Below the pieces are notes generated by a model. The model ran no database searches and had not been told where the DNA came from. It saw nothing but the letters and a program-made list of their open reading frames with translations. Source: Schmidtea polychroa (Eukaryota). From it: 64,000 nucleotides of DNA. The stretch spans positions 37,448,001 to 37,512,000 of the forward strand of contig CM097888.1 in NCBI GenBank assembly GCA_044892525.1. Reading direction: 5' to 3'. The position numbers were made by a program, and so were the translations under genes. Numbering within the stretch: position 1 is the stretch's first letter; every line of letters starts with the position of its first letter. Of this stretch, positions 62,931-64,000 are shown one piece after another.

Positions 62931-63110
62931 CCACTTCATACATGATTTTTTTTAAAGAAAATGCAAAAAAACCGATTTTTTTGTGTGTGAAACCAGTCGC
63001 ATATATTCAGGTGCAAGCGCAAAAGCAAGTAAACGATCGTACTGGTTCTGGTGTGGGTATAACAAAAAGTTCAATTCACCCTCACTGGTGCAGGCGTAAG
63101 CGTGAAATGG
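62931..63110. mobile_element. Possible piggyBac-type MITE
   Basis: TTAA|CCACTTCAT ... GTGAAATGG|TTAA, with an imperfect 9-bp TIR (7/9). Confidence 0.45.
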
Positions 63111-64000
63111 TTAAAGAATTTATCAACTTTTGAAAATGTTTTAAACTGTTGTAGGTTTTATGGATTGCATGAGTTTAATGGCAATCGACCATGTAATTTA
63201 TATCCATCCTACAATCGTAACATAATTTACACTACCTGAATGACACCCATCACACAAACACAACTGAAGTAAATTTATTGTTCAGTAGGATAGAATTGGA
63301 AGTCTGTTTCCACACACTCTTGATCAAATAACACTAACTCAACACAAATGTCACACTTTACAATTATATTCTCAAATACTATCAATACAAGTTATTTGAT
63401 TATAAAACCAGGTAATAGGTCAAATAATCCGATTCACTTGATTACAACCTTTTCTCGCCTAAAGTACACTCTTTAGTTTTCGTTTTCTTTTAATAAGCTC
63501 TTATTCCTTCACTGTAAATTTTTCATCCAACATTTGCTACAATTTGAATAAATTTAGAACTCAGTTTACAGGGACCAAATTTCAAATCTAATGTTTTTTT
63601 CTTGATATGCTGACATCTCGCTTGTCAAGCTCGAAGTTTTCTCGTAATCTAATCAATTAATTTTTATTAAACTTAATTAATTAATTAGTTTGTATTCTTT
63701 CATTTGTTTTATGCATTAAATTTTGGATTTATTTCGATTTAAAGTTCGATATCTATTAAAAAAAAATCTCCAAAAATTTCTATTTTATAAAATAAATTTT
63801 ACAAATTTCATTTCTCGATAACTCAAAGTAAAGTAATACCGTAACAAGAAAGCATAAATTTAAAAATGTAATATTATAGAATTTAGGAAATTGGCTGAAA
63901 TAGGGCAATTTTTGAAAACAAATTATTCATGTTGATTTACGCAAACTTGTATCACTATATAGTTTACGATTTGAGATGTTTATTTATTTGCAGTCGGTAT

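Overview
AT-rich animal genomic scaffold with four N gaps. The lineage is probably a fast-evolving invertebrate such as a flatworm; that is inferred from protein divergence, base composition and 42-55 nt minimal introns. Two conserved genes lie on the + strand. The first is most of a BLTP1/KIAA1109 (Tweek/LPD-3) bridge-like lipid transfer gene, 16 or more exons at 3474..45842, whose 5' exons I could not find in the window. The second is a complete PRPF8 spliceosomal gene, 4 exons at 50268..58516, about 2308 aa, with no intein. The large BLTP1 introns and the intergenic DNA are full of transposon remnants: hAT, MULE, pogo/Tigger, piggyBac-type MITEs and Ty3/Gypsy. The most striking feature is a ~7-kb almost fully palindromic insertion (11076..18120) in a BLTP1 intron. 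It has 5'-AGTAG...CTACT-3' termini, a perfect 6-bp target-site duplication (GACGAG), ~3.2-kb inverted arms, a rearranged 0.5-kb turn-around and no recognisable genes. These are the hallmarks of a non-autonomous fold-back derivative of a Polinton/Maverick. Gene identifications rest on my recollection of the human orthologue sequences, not on database searches.
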